DNA of 64,000 nt from Chloroflexota bacterium (GTDB lineage Bacteria > Chloroflexota > Limnocylindria > Limnocylindrales > CSP1-4). Below, one piece after another: positions 1-9,734 of the stretch. A model generated the notes under the pieces. That model saw only the letters and a list, made by a program, of their open reading frames with translations, was not told the DNA's origin and searched no databases. The number at the start of each line of letters is the position of its first letter. The stretch's first letter is position 1. The stretch spans positions 35,374 through 99,373 of the forward strand of contig JAUJOH010000010.1 in the NCBI GenBank assembly GCA_030447745.1. Reading direction: 5' to 3'. A program made the position numbers and the translations under genes.

Positions 1-232
1 ATGCGCGCGGATCACGACGGCGGCGCCGTGATCGACATGGTCGAGCGATTCCACGGTCCGGACGCCGAGCGCCGCCAGGTCCCGGACCACGCCCTCGTTG
101 TGCACGTTCTGCCCGAGGGTATGCGTCAGCTTGCCCGCGGCAGCCGACTCCTTGGCCTTGTCGATGGCCTCGCGCACGCCGTAGCAGAAGCCCGTTCGCC
201 TGGCCATCTGGATCGTCTGAACCGTTCCCATG
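1..232 (-). CDS. ispH: 4-hydroxy-3-methylbut-2-enyl diphosphate reductase IspH/LytB, 5' part only (gene runs off window start)
   Basis: Minus-strand translation of 1-232 gives MGTVQTIQMARRTGFCYGVREAIDKAKESAAAGKLTHTLGQNVHNEGVVRDLAALGVRTVESLDHVDHGAAVVIRAH, matching the IspH N-terminus (FCxGVxRAI, HN..VV, IRAHG). Confidence 0.6.
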
Positions 233-297
233 TCACGACAAGTATCGCACGGGGTCGTCCGGAGGCCGCCCGGCCCGTCGGGTCCGCGGCGCATCTG

Positions 298-1839
298 TCA
301 CCGGACCGCCTCGAGGTCGCGGCGGCCGCCCCGTGGTCGGGTGCCGGAACCCGGCCTCGCCGCGTCCTCGCCGGCGTGGGCGGCGTACGTTCCCCGCTGG
401 CGCGGCGGGAGCAGCGCCGCGATGCGGCCCATCAGGCGCACCGTCGCCGCGCCCTTCGCCGCTCGGCCGCGCCGGGCGGGGGCGCCGTCGTCCGCGAGGA
501 GGAAGGGCTCGCCGATCCGGAGAGTGATCCGTCCGCCGGGCCTCGGCAGCAGCTGGCCGCGCGGCCACCGGAGATCGCTGTCGACGACGGCAAGCGGCAC
601 GATCGGCGCCCGCGTCCGCAACGCGAGCATGGCCAGACCGTCCTTCGCCGGCTGGAGCGCACCGTCCGAGCTCCGCGTTCCCTCCGGAAAGACCATCAGG
701 AGGTGCCCTTCCTCGAGGATCCGCTGAGCGAGCCGGAAGGCCTCGAGATCCGCGGTCGACCGGTCAACCGGATGGACGCCGCCGCTGCGCCCCATCCAGC
801 CGATGATCGGCCAGTCGAAGAGCTCCTTCTTGCCGAGCCAGTGGATCCGGCGTCCGAGCTGCGGCGTCAGCCACGCACCGATGACGACCGGGTCGGCGTT
901 CGAGGCATGGTTGGCGGCGAGGATCACCGGGCCGCGGCGCGGGATCGCGCGCAGATCACCTTCGATGGTGACGCGCGTCACGGCGCGGGTGATGAGGCGC
1001 GCGGCCGCTGCGACCAGCCGGATGAGCGGCGTCAGGTGGCCTTCGATGGGCTCCGGGCGCGGCCGCACGTCGCCCGCGAGGGCCCTGGCGGTCGGCGTCG
1101 TGCCGGCGGACGGCGTCCCGGCGCTCCGTGCCGCCTCCGCGGAGCGGATCGCGTCAACGACGAGCTCGACGGTCTCCTCGAACCGGTTGCCGTCCGTCAC
1201 GAGAACCCGGGCGTCGTCGGCGGGGCGAAGCGGCGCGACCGCACGCGAGCTGTCGAGCTCATCGCGGCGACGAAGCTCGGCGAGGATATCGCGCCCCTCG
1301 GCACGATCCGGGTTGACGCGGCGTTCCTCGGCCCGACGACGAGCTCGCTCGGCGACCGAGGCACTGAGGAACAGCTTGAGATCCGCGTCGGGGAGGACGA
1401 CCGTCCCGATGTCGCGACCGGCCATGATGATCCGGCCGGGCGCCGCAATCCGGCGCTGCCGGTCGAGGAGTGCCGCGCGTAGCTCCGGCACGCGGGAGAC
1501 GGCCGAGACCGCGGCGTCCACGTCGGGTCCGCGGACCTCCTTCGTCACGTCCCGGCCGTCGACGAGTACGCGGGCGAGGCGCCCCTCGGCGTCCGCTGCG
1601 AGCTCGACGTCGTCGACGAGCGCCACGAGGGCCTCGACGCCGGTGTCGCCGACGCCGCGATGGAGTGACAGCCAGGTCGCGGCCCGGTACAGCAGCCCGG
1701 TGTCGCAGAAGCGGTAGCCCAGCTCGAGCGCCGCCGCGGCACCGACGCTGCTCTTGCCGGACGAGCCCGGGCCGTCGAGGGCGACGACCAGACCGGGACG
1801 CGTCTCGGGAGCGGAAGCGGGAGCGGCGACAGCGGGCAT
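298..1839 (-). CDS. cmk: Cytidylate kinase fused in-frame to 1-acyl-sn-glycerol-3-phosphate acyltransferase (Cmk-PlsC)
   Basis: C-terminal 513 aa of ORF 298..2724. Cmk part: P-loop LVVALDGPGSSGKSSVG, LLYRA, IMAGRDIGT. After an Ala/Pro/Thr linker, PlsC part: NHASNADP and FPEGTRS. ATG at 1839. Confidence 0.7.
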   Translation of the reverse strand: MPAVAAPASAPETRPGLVVALDGPGSSGKSSVGAAAALELGYRFCDTGLLYRAATWLSLHRGVGDTGVEALVALVDDVELAADAEGRLARVLVDGRDVTKEVRGPDVDAAVSAVSRVPELRAALLDRQRRIAAPGRIIMAGRDIGTVVLPDADLKLFLSASVAERARRRAEERRVNPDRAEGRDILAELRRRDELDSSRAVAPLRPADDARVLVTDGNRFEETVELVVDAIRSAEAARSAGTPSAGTTPTARALAGDVRPRPEPIEGHLTPLIRLVAAAARLITRAVTRVTIEGDLRAIPRRGPVILAANHASNADPVVIGAWLTPQLGRRIHWLGKKELFDWPIIGWMGRSGGVHPVDRSTADLEAFRLAQRILEEGHLLMVFPEGTRSSDGALQPAKDGLAMLALRTRAPIVPLAVVDSDLRWPRGQLLPRPGGRITLRIGEPFLLADDGAPARRGRAAKGAATVRLMGRIAALLPPRQRGTYAAHAGEDAARPGSGTRPRGGRRDLEAVR

Positions 1840-1873
1840 CGGCGCGAGGATAGCGGCGCGGCGCGGGCTGTGG

Positions 1874-2690
1874 TCAGCGGCGCGGCGGCCGCCGTGGGCC
1901 CGGACCGCGCGGTCCGAGGGAGCCGGCACCGAGCTGGCGGATCTCATCCGCTCGCAGGCGGCGGGCACGACCGCTCGGCAGCGTGTCATCCAGCCGGACA
2001 GAGCCGATCCGGACGCGGACGAGTCGCTCGATCGGGCTCGCGACCGCCGCGAACATCCGGCGCAGCTTGCCGCTTCCAGCCCTGCCCGAGCACGGCGCGA
2101 TACCACGTCAAACCCTGCGCCGGCGGGTCGAGCAGTGCCTCGAGCCGCCGCGTCTCCGCGCCGGTGGAGCGTCGGAGGGGCTGGGCCAGCCGGGCGAGCC
2201 CCTCCTCGAGGCGGACGCCGCGGATCAGCTCGGTCACCTGGTCCTCGGTCAGCGGCTCGCGCAGCCCGACCGCGTACTCGCGCTCGACCCCGAACCGCGG
2301 GTGGAGCACGCGCTCGGCCCACTCGCCGTCGTTCGTCAGCAGCAGCAGCCCTTCCGAGTCCTGGTCGAGCCGACCGACGGGATAGACGCGGGCGCCGTCC
2401 GGCACCAGCGCGGTCGGCACGAGCTCGAGCACGGTCCAGTCGGCGTGCCGGTCGCGGACGGTGGATGTCACACCGGCCGGCTTGTGCAGGGCGAGGTGCA
2501 CCGGTGTTGCCGCCGACCCGATCGGGCGCCCGTCGACCTCGATGAGCGCCGTGGCCGGGTCGGCCTGGTCGCCGAGCCGGGCCGGCCGGCCGTCGACGGT
2601 GACGCGGCCGCCCGCGATGAGCGCCTCGCTCGCGCGGCGGGACGCGACGCCGGCCGACGCAAGCACCTTCTGGAGCCGCTCGGCGGGCAT
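1874..2690 (-). CDS. rluB: 23S rRNA pseudouridine synthase RluB family (S4 + PseudoU_synth_2), interrupted by a frameshift near 2050
   Basis: ORF 1986..2690: S4 domain, RLDQDSEGLLLLTNDGEWAERV. The conserved C-terminus MFAAVASPIERLVRVRIGSVRLDDTLPSGRARRL is in a different frame (ORF 1874..2056). Confidence 0.7.
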
Positions 2691-3364
2691 CAGTCCGCCT
2701 CCGAGGCGGCGCCCTCGAGGCCATCCGCCTCCTGGACCACCGCGAGCTCCCGGGCGCCCTCGTCCGCGAGCCGTGCCGCCACGTCCACGTCGAGCGGCGG
2801 CAGCTCCTCGAGGCTCGTCAGGCCGAACCGCTCGAGGAACTCGAACCCGGTCCCGTAGAGGAACGGGCGGCCCGGGGCGTCGGCGCGCCCAAGCTCCGCG
2901 ATCAGCCGACGATGAAGCAGCGACCGGATGGTGTAGTCGGAGTCCACTCCGCGGATGCGCTCGACGGCGGCCCGGGTGACCGGCTGGCGGTAAGCCACGA
3001 TCGCGAGCGTCTCCAGGGCAGCCGGCGACAGGCGGATGGCATCGACCCCGACGTAGCGGGCGACGAGGGCCCCGGCCTCCGGCGCAGTCACCAGCTCCAC
3101 GCGATCGCCGGAGGTCACGAGCCGGACGCCGCGCCCGCGGAGCGTGACCTCGAGATCACCGAGCCGGGCGTCGACCGCCGCCCGATCGACCGCCGCCAGC
3201 GTCGCGATCTCGCGCCGGGCCAGGGGACGCTCCGCCACGAACAGGAGTGCCTCGAGCGCCGTCTCCGTCAGCTCGGCGGGCGGCGCCGGCGCGCCGACTG
3301 CGACTTCCGTCCCCGGCTCCGCCGTCGTACCGGTGTCGGGGGTCTCGGGCAGGTGGCCGTTCAC
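2690..3364 (-). CDS. scpB: Segregation and condensation protein B
   Basis: LTETALEALLFVAERPLARREIATL and two winged-helix repeats. Lies directly downstream of scpA. Start taken as the in-frame GTG near 3364; the ORF-track ATG at 3496 would overlap scpA by 120 nt. Confidence 0.7.
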   Translation of the reverse strand: MNGHLPETPDTGTTAEPGTEVAVGAPAPPAELTETALEALLFVAERPLARREIATLAAVDRAAVDARLGDLEVTLRGRGVRLVTSGDRVELVTAPEAGALVARYVGVDAIRLSPAALETLAIVAYRQPVTRAAVERIRGVDSDYTIRSLLHRRLIAELGRADAPGRPFLYGTGFEFLERFGLTSLEELPPLDVDVAARLADEGARELAVVQEADGLEGAASEAD

Positions 3365-3375
3365 GAGATCGTCTG

Positions 3376-4308
3376 TCAAGCGAACGACTCCAGCGACTCG
3401 TCGATCGGCGTGTCGCCCAGGTCGTCCGCGTCGCCGGGGAGGCCCGATGCCGCGCGCTCCTCCGCGGTCGTGCGGCGGGCCAGGATCGGCCCCCACGGCT
3501 CGGCCTGCTCGACCACGATCTCGCGCCGCTTCATCAGCTCGAGCATGGCGAGGAACGTGATCGCCACGACGGCGCGGTCCCGTACCCCGCGCAGCAGCTC
3601 CTGGAGCACGACGACATCCGCGTCCCGGAGCGCGGCCCGGATGACCGCCGCTCGGTCCGCCAGCCGGATCGTCCGTGGGAGGACCTCCGGCGGCGGCTGC
3701 GGCGGCAGGGCGAGGCGGAGCAGCCCGGTCAACGAGGCGCCAAGGATGGCCGGATCCTGTGCCGGCACCTCCGCCGGTCGCGCGCGGGCGAGCGCGGCGG
3801 CGTGGGCGGCGGACGGCTCGCGGCGGAACAGTCCGATCCGTTCCGCCGCCCCGCGCTGGAGCTCCCGGCCAGCGTCGCGATGCGCCCGGTAGAGGAGCAG
3901 TCGCGCCCGCAGCTCGGCCTCCGGGTCCGGACCCTCGTCCGGGACGCTCCCGGCCGCGACGACCGGCCGGGAGGGCAGCATCGCCCGGCTCTTGATCAGG
4001 ATCAGCTGGCTGGCGACCGCGACGAACGAGCTGACGTTCCCGATCCGGTCGGCGTGGAGCCCGGCGAGCGCGTCGAGGTACGCGTCCGCGAGCGCGCCCA
4101 GGGGCACCGTCAGGACGTCGAGCTCGCGTGCCTCGATGAGCGCGAGCAGCATCGCCAGCGGGCCCTCGAACGCCTCCAGCTGGACCCGCGTCGCCGCCTC
4201 GGGGCGGCGGCCCTCGCCGAAGACGACGGTCGGCGCGACCGCGGCGCCCGAAACGTCCGACGGTCGGGCGGTGGAGGTCGCGACGTCCGCCGTCACGTCA
4301 GCTCGCAT
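3376..4308 (-). CDS. scpA: Segregation and condensation protein A
   Basis: FEGPLAMLLALIEARELDVLTVPLGALADAYL and the conserved C-terminal region; canonical scpA-scpB-rluB-cmk order. Confidence 0.8.
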   Translation of the reverse strand: MRADVTADVATSTARPSDVSGAAVAPTVVFGEGRRPEAATRVQLEAFEGPLAMLLALIEARELDVLTVPLGALADAYLDALAGLHADRIGNVSSFVAVASQLILIKSRAMLPSRPVVAAGSVPDEGPDPEAELRARLLLYRAHRDAGRELQRGAAERIGLFRREPSAAHAAALARARPAEVPAQDPAILGASLTGLLRLALPPQPPPEVLPRTIRLADRAAVIRAALRDADVVVLQELLRGVRDRAVVAITFLAMLELMKRREIVVEQAEPWGPILARRTTAEERAASGLPGDADDLGDTPIDESLESFA

Positions 4309-4804
4309 CGTCCGCCAGCCGCAACAGCTGACCGAATTCGGCGTCGCGGGGTGCGTCCTGGTGTCGGATCAGGTCCACCGTGCGGGGGCCGCAACCGGCG
4401 ACCTCCGCGAGACGCGCCGAGACTTCGGCGTGGTGGCGGAGCCGATCGAGGTGGGCCGCCATGCCGGGCACCACGCCCGCGACCTGCAACGCCCGTGGAC
4501 CGAATGCCTCGCCGAGCGACCACGCGACCCTCGGCCAGAGGCCGGTCGCGCCCTTGCCGGCGTCGTGGAGCAGCCCGGCGAGGAGCACGTCGCGCTCGGT
4601 GACCCCCTCGGCGCGAAGCGCTGCGACGACGTCGAGCCCGTGGCGGCGATCGGCGACGTGCATACCGTCGAAGAGCGCGAGCTGGGCCGGGGTCAGCCAG
4701 GTGGCCAGGCGGTTCCGCTCGTCGGCGCGGACGCGTGCCCGGACGTGGCGGAGGAACTGGCGGGTCCTGGCAGCCCACCAGGCCGCCTGCGATCGAGCCG
4801 TCAC
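4298..4804 (-). CDS. HD-domain (HDIG-type) phosphohydrolase
   Basis: C-terminal 168 aa of ORF 4298..6172 with the LLHDAGKG HD motif. GTG start at 4804 forms a GTGA overlap with the stop of the upstream M50 gene. Confidence 0.6.
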   Translation of the reverse strand: MTARSQAAWWAARTRQFLRHVRARVRADERNRLATWLTPAQLALFDGMHVADRRHGLDVVAALRAEGVTERDVLLAGLLHDAGKGATGLWPRVAWSLGEAFGPRALQVAGVVPGMAAHLDRLRHHAEVSARLAEVAGCGPRTVDLIRHQDAPRDAEFGQLLRLADDAS

Positions 4805-5457
4805 AGGAGGCCGAATTGACGTCCCACGAGGAGCTCGAAGAGCGGGAACCCGACCTCGCTGAACACGACGCCCACGACCGTCTGGCGCCCAGGCAGGATG
4901 GGCAGGAACACGGCCGCGAACAGGATCAGGAACCCGTACTGCTCCAGGACCGGGCGGACCCGGTACTCCGTCTCGCGGTCGAGCGCTGCGAACAGCACCT
5001 TCGACCCGTCGAGCGGTGGGATCGGGACGAGGTTGAAGATGAAAAGCGCGATGTTGATGAACACGAGGAGCGCAAGGGTGTTGTGCGCGATGTCTGGCAC
5101 GTCCATCCGGGTCGTGACGATGTACCGGAGCGGCAGTGCGGCTGCGGTGGCGAGGATCAGGTTGGACAGCGGTCCGGCCGCGGCGACGAGCGCCTCGCCC
5201 CTCCGCCCGCCCCGGAGGTTGAACGGGTTGACCGGTGTCGGTTTCGCCCAGCCGAACCCGGCCAGGGCGAGGAGCAGGGCGCCCATCGGATCGAAATGAG
5301 CGCGCGGATCGATCGTCAGTCGCCCGAACAGCCGGGCGGTGGAGTCGCCCAGCTGGAACGCCGCCATGGCGTGCGCGAACTCGTGGATCGGAAAGGCCAC
5401 GAGGATGATGACGCCGAGCACGATGAAGAGCTCGATGGACGGGTTGAGCAGGATCAC
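4801..5457 (-). CDS. Site-2 protease family zinc metalloprotease (peptidase M50)
   Basis: HEFAHA zinc motif, multiple TM helices and the NLVPIPPLDGSKV motif. Confidence 0.8.
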   Translation of the reverse strand: MILLNPSIELFIVLGVIILVAFPIHEFAHAMAAFQLGDSTARLFGRLTIDPRAHFDPMGALLLALAGFGWAKPTPVNPFNLRGGRRGEALVAAAGPLSNLILATAAALPLRYIVTTRMDVPDIAHNTLALLVFINIALFIFNLVPIPPLDGSKVLFAALDRETEYRVRPVLEQYGFLILFAAVFLPILPGRQTVVGVVFSEVGFPLFELLVGRQFGLL

Positions 5458-5508
5458 ACGGTGCTCCGGGAGGTGTCGGGACGTCGCTATCGTACCGGCG
5501 CGTCGGGG

Positions 5509-6270
5509 TCAGAGCCGCCCCAGCAGCTCCGACTTCTTGGCGTCGTACTCCTCGGTGCTGATCGCGCCGCGATCGCGCAGGTCGGCGAGCGAACCGAGCG
5601 CGCGGGTCACCTCGTCCGCGCTCATCGCCCGGACACCGGCGCCGCCCGAGGCGCCACGGGAGGCACCATCGGAGCCGGTGCCCGCGTGGGCGGCCGCCAC
5701 GACCGGCTCCGTCACGTGGCCGCCGCCCGGCGTCGCGCGGATCGGCGGCGAGGGCAGCGGCCGGCTGACCTCGCCTTCGAGCTCGTGCTTCTGGTTGAGC
5801 ATCTCCCGCTTGAACACCGGTGCCTTGTCGAGCATCCGGTAGCGGTCGATCGCGGTGTCCGCCGCGGTCAGGATGTCGAGGTCGCCGTAGTTGAGCATGC
5901 GGCCGAACAGGTTCTGGTCGAGGACCGCGTCGTTGATCTTCTCGAGCGAGCTGTCGCCGGACCGCTTGTTGATGATCCCCTCGACCTTCAGGACGCGCCG
6001 GTTCGTGATCATGTAGTCCTGCGACCACCAGCCGAGGTAGACCTTGCCCAGCCACAGGAGCGCGATGACGATGGCGGCGAGGATGGCGTACCCGGCGACG
6101 TCGCGGACCGGTCCCGGGTCGAGGTTGGTCTGGACGACGAGCAGGACCAGGCCGGCGACGAACAGGAGCCACGCGTAGCGGGCCTCCAGGACCGGCCAGA
6201 GCCAGTGCTGGCGCGTGCGCATGATGACCTGCTCCCCGTCGGCGAGGAGCCTGTCGGCGTAGCGTGGCAT
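5509..6270 (-). CDS. Membrane protein with bacterial PH (YdbT-like bPH_2) domain and C-terminal SHOCT domain
   Basis: From MPRYADRLL: two TM helices, ITNRRVLKVEGIINKR (bPH_2), and a C-terminal ISTEEYDAKKSELLGRL (SHOCT). GAGGAGG Shine-Dalgarno upstream of the ATG at 6270. Confidence 0.7.
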   Translation of the reverse strand: MPRYADRLLADGEQVIMRTRQHWLWPVLEARYAWLLFVAGLVLLVVQTNLDPGPVRDVAGYAILAAIVIALLWLGKVYLGWWSQDYMITNRRVLKVEGIINKRSGDSSLEKINDAVLDQNLFGRMLNYGDLDILTAADTAIDRYRMLDKAPVFKREMLNQKHELEGEVSRPLPSPPIRATPGGGHVTEPVVAAAHAGTGSDGASRGASGGAGVRAMSADEVTRALGSLADLRDRGAISTEEYDAKKSELLGRL

Positions 6271-6286
6271 CCCTGGGTGAGCCTCC

Positions 6287-7255
6287 TCAGGCCCGCGGGT
6301 GGGCGCGGGCGTACACCGATCGGATCCGCTCTCCCGTGACGTGGGTGTAGAGCTGCGTGGTGCTGATACTCGCATGCCCGAGCAACTCCTGGACGATCCG
6401 GAGGTCCGCCCCGCCGTCGAGCAGGTGGGTGGCGAAGGAGTGCCGCAGCGTGTGGGGGCTGACCCGGTCGGCGAGGCCCGCCCGCGCGGCGGCGGCCTTG
6501 ACCACCGCCCACGCCTGCTGGCGCGCGAGCCGCCGGCCACGGTCGCCGAGGAAGAGCGGACCGCCCCGCTGGAGCAGCACATGGTGTTGCGCGAGCAGCA
6601 CCGGACGAGCTTCGCCCAGCCACCGATCGAGCCACGCGAGCGCCACGTCGCCCACCGGCACGAGTCGCTCGCGGTCGCCCTTCCCGACGACGCGGACGAA
6701 GCCGCCGTCGAGCGAGAGGTGCTCGCGGTCGAGGCGCAGCGCCTCGCTGACCCGCAACCCGGCGGCGTACAGGAGCTCGAGCATGGCGCGCGCCCGGATC
6801 GCTGCCCCGGGCGGTTCTTCCGGGCGGGCCGCGGCCTCGAGCAGCCGCTCGACCTCCTCGACCGTCAGCGTTTCCGGCAGGAGTCGGGTCTGGCGCGGAA
6901 GGTCCAGCCGCGACGCCACGTCCACGCCGATGATCGCCTCGCCGAACGCGAACCGGTAGAAGCCGCGGATCGCGGCCGTGCGCCGCCGCAGGCTCGTGGG
7001 CGCGAGCCCGCGCGACCCGGCGAGGCCACGCTTCGTCTGTCCAGCGAGGTAGGCCGTCGCCGCCTCCGGCGACGCGTCCCACCCGGGGCCGGTGCGCCGC
7101 GCGCCGAGGACGGCCGCGAAGTCGCGCAGATCCGTGGCGTACGCCGCGATCGTCGCCGGGGACAAGCCCCGCTCGACGCGCAGACACACGAGGTAGTCCG
7201 CGATCGCGCGGTCGAGCGCGGGTGTGGACGCGACGGGCGCCACGTGCGACGTCAT
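6287..7255 (-). CDS. xerD: Tyrosine recombinase XerD
   Basis: Full-length: ...LRHSFATHLLDGGADLRIVQELLGHASISTTQLYTHV with catalytic R..HxxR..Y. Confidence 0.85.
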   Translation of the reverse strand: MTSHVAPVASTPALDRAIADYLVCLRVERGLSPATIAAYATDLRDFAAVLGARRTGPGWDASPEAATAYLAGQTKRGLAGSRGLAPTSLRRRTAAIRGFYRFAFGEAIIGVDVASRLDLPRQTRLLPETLTVEEVERLLEAAARPEEPPGAAIRARAMLELLYAAGLRVSEALRLDREHLSLDGGFVRVVGKGDRERLVPVGDVALAWLDRWLGEARPVLLAQHHVLLQRGGPLFLGDRGRRLARQQAWAVVKAAAARAGLADRVSPHTLRHSFATHLLDGGADLRIVQELLGHASISTTQLYTHVTGERIRSVYARAHPRA

Positions 7256-7322
7256 ACGGTCGGCCGCGACGGGTCGCGGCGGCCGAGGCGCTCGGCCACC
7301 GTGATCCCTAGGACTGTCATCG

Positions 7323-8168
7323 CTACGACGGGAGGAGCTCGATCTTCTGCCGGACCAGGTCCCAGAACGGCTGGGCTCCCGCCGGCTCGATCAGGCGGAT
7401 CGGCCGGTCGACCGCCTGGACCTCCACGACGTCCCCCACCTCGAGCGGCAGATCCTCGCGCCCGTCGATGCTGATCAGCGCCTCGTGCGCGTCGACGACA
7501 CGGCACCGGACGACCTGCTCCGGCCCCACCACGACGGACCGGATCGCCGACAGATACCCGGCGATGGGCGTGACGACCAGGTTGCGCGCCGACGGGTCGA
7601 CGATCGGGCCACCGGCCGAGAAGGAGTAGCCGGTCGAGCCGGTGGGGCTGGCGACGACGAGGCCGTCCGCGATGAACGTCGCGAGATGGCTGCGCCCGAT
7701 CGTCACGTCGAGCCGGCACACGCGCGCGAGCGCACCCCGCGCGACGACGACGTCGTTGAGCGCCGTGTGGAAGACGCCGCCGCCGTCGCGCCCGCCGGGC
7801 AGGATCCGGGCGGAGAGCGTCATCCGCTCCGCGAGCGAGAAGCGGCCGCCGGCCAGCTTGTCCAGGACACCCTCGAGCTCCTCTGCCTCGGCCTTCGAGA
7901 GGAACCCGACCTTGCCGAGGTTGATCCCGAGCAGGGGCACGTCGACCGTCGCGACGGCTCGGGCCGCACGAAGGAACGTGCCGTCGCCGCCCAGGACGAC
8001 GAGCAGGTCCGTCGTCGGGAGGTGGCCCGTGAGCGCGTCGAAGTCACCGGCCTGCGCGGACCAGTGGTCGATCCCGCGCCGGCGGCACCAGCCGGCGGCG
8101 CGCTCACCGAGGTCGACGGCCGCCTCGTTCGTCGGGTTGTAGGCGAAGCCGAGCCGGTGCACGGTCAC
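7323..8168 (-). CDS. nadK: NAD kinase
   Basis: GGDGTFL, NLGKVGFL and DGLVVASPTGSTGYSFSAGGPIV motifs. GTG at 8168 overlaps the tlyA stop as GTGA. Confidence 0.85.
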   Translation of the reverse strand: MTVHRLGFAYNPTNEAAVDLGERAAGWCRRRGIDHWSAQAGDFDALTGHLPTTDLLVVLGGDGTFLRAARAVATVDVPLLGINLGKVGFLSKAEAEELEGVLDKLAGGRFSLAERMTLSARILPGGRDGGGVFHTALNDVVVARGALARVCRLDVTIGRSHLATFIADGLVVASPTGSTGYSFSAGGPIVDPSARNLVVTPIAGYLSAIRSVVVGPEQVVRCRVVDAHEALISIDGREDLPLEVGDVVEVQAVDRPIRLIEPAGAQPFWDLVRQKIELLPS

Positions 8169-8998
8169 CCCCCGGTCGCCGCGGCCAGGCACGCCTCGAG
8201 ATCCGGCATTCCGGCGCCGGTCGCGAACCAGGCCAGGAACTCGCGGTTCCCCTCGGGACCGAGGATCGGCGACGGGATGACGCCGCGGGTGCTGAGGCCG
8301 ATCCCGTCGGCCTGCCCCACCACCCTGTCGAGCACCGCCCGGTGCGCCGCGGGGTCGCGGACGACCCCGCCCCGGGCCTCGCCCCTGCCAACCTCGAACT
8401 GGGGCTTGACCAGGACGACGATCCGGACCGCGTTCTCGCGGAACGTCGACGCGATCGGCGCGAGCACGAGCCCGAGCGAGATGAACGACACGTCGACGAC
8501 GGCGAGATCGATCGGCTCGGGCAGCGTCTGCGCGGTCAGTCCCCGCGCGTTCACGCGCTCCATCGAGATGACCCGTTCGTGGCGGCGGAGCGCTTCCGCG
8601 AGCTGGCCGCGGCCCACGTCGACGGCATAGACGCGAGCGGCGCCCCGCTGGAGCAGCACATCCGTGAACCCGCCGGTCGAGGCGCCAACGTCCAGGCAGG
8701 TCCAGCCGACGGGTTCGATGCCGAACGCGTCGAGCGCGGCCGCCAGCTTGTGCCCGCCTCGCGAGACGTACGGCTCGCGCTCCACGACGGTGACCGACGT
8801 CCCGGCCTCGAGCAGGTCGCCCGGCTTCCGATCGGTCCGCGCGCCGTCGCCCTCGCCGACCCGCACCTTGCCGGCCAGCACGAGGGCCTGCGCCCGAGCC
8901 CGCGACTCGACCAGCCCGCGCTCTACGAGGAGCTGGTCCAGGCGCTGGCGTGACGGTCTCGGTGTGCTCGCCCGGCTCACGCGGCTATCGTGGCACAC
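8165..8998 (-). CDS. tlyA: TlyA-family rRNA 2'-O-methyltransferase / hemolysin
   Basis: N-terminal S4 domain (RLDQLLVERGL) and FtsJ-like methyltransferase (LDVGASTGGFTDVLL). Confidence 0.8.
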   Translation of the reverse strand: MCHDSRVSRASTPRPSRQRLDQLLVERGLVESRARAQALVLAGKVRVGEGDGARTDRKPGDLLEAGTSVTVVEREPYVSRGGHKLAAALDAFGIEPVGWTCLDVGASTGGFTDVLLQRGAARVYAVDVGRGQLAEALRRHERVISMERVNARGLTAQTLPEPIDLAVVDVSFISLGLVLAPIASTFRENAVRIVVLVKPQFEVGRGEARGGVVRDPAAHRAVLDRVVGQADGIGLSTRGVIPSPILGPEGNREFLAWFATGAGMPDLEACLAAATGG

Positions 8999-9092
8999 CG
9001 GCCTCGCCGCGGCCGGTCCCGCGGCCGGCCGTACCGGCCCTCAGGCTGGCGGTGCGCCGTTGCCATCGGCACGATCCTCATCCCAACACTCG

Positions 9093-9527
9093 TCACGCAT
9101 CGCCGCCCCTCCGCTCGAGGAGCGCCCGCAGCTTCGGCGTCTCGTTGTGCGCGATCGCCGCGATCCGGAAGCCGTCGCCGAGGTCCGCCAGCGTGTACGT
9201 CGCGTCGAAGTCGTACAGGGCTCGTTCCTCGCCGCCGATCAGCTGCCACCGGACATCCACCTGCGCGAGCCGCTCGGTCAGCGCGGTCACGTGTTGCTCG
9301 AGGACGGCGGCCGACCGGACGCCGATCCGTCGGTAACCGGCGAGGAGCCGATCGACCTGCGGGAGCCACGCGTCGCGCGTCGCCACGGTGGCGCTGGTCA
9401 CCTCGCCGACGTCGCTCGTGACGTGGCACGGGTAGGCGAACAGGTCCGCCACCCCAGGCGCATCGTAGGCCTCGAACCGCGCCCGATGCGCGTCGAAGAA
9501 GCGCTGAATCCCGGAGTGCTCCATCAT
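9093..9527 (-). CDS. Hypothetical protein, NTF2-like (SnoaL/DUF4440-like) fold
   Basis: MMEHSGIQRFFDAHRARFEAYD...; tandem ATG at 9527/9524. Confidence 0.45.
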   Translation of the reverse strand: MMEHSGIQRFFDAHRARFEAYDAPGVADLFAYPCHVTSDVGEVTSATVATRDAWLPQVDRLLAGYRRIGVRSAAVLEQHVTALTERLAQVDVRWQLIGGEERALYDFDATYTLADLGDGFRIAAIAHNETPKLRALLERRGGDA

Positions 9528-9734
9528 CGATCGCTCCGCTTGTCGGGTCGTGCTCGCCGCTCCGTCGGCCGGCCCGGCGACGCCATTTGTCAGTGTCCGC
9601 CGCGCGCTGGAGTCCATGCCCGCCGACGAGCGGAACCCCAATCATCCGGCCCGTCGAGCGGCCTTTGGCCGGTCCGGGCGGACCCAACGCGGCGGTGGGA
9701 GCGTCGCCGGCGCCCTGTGCGTGCCACCGTCCAC

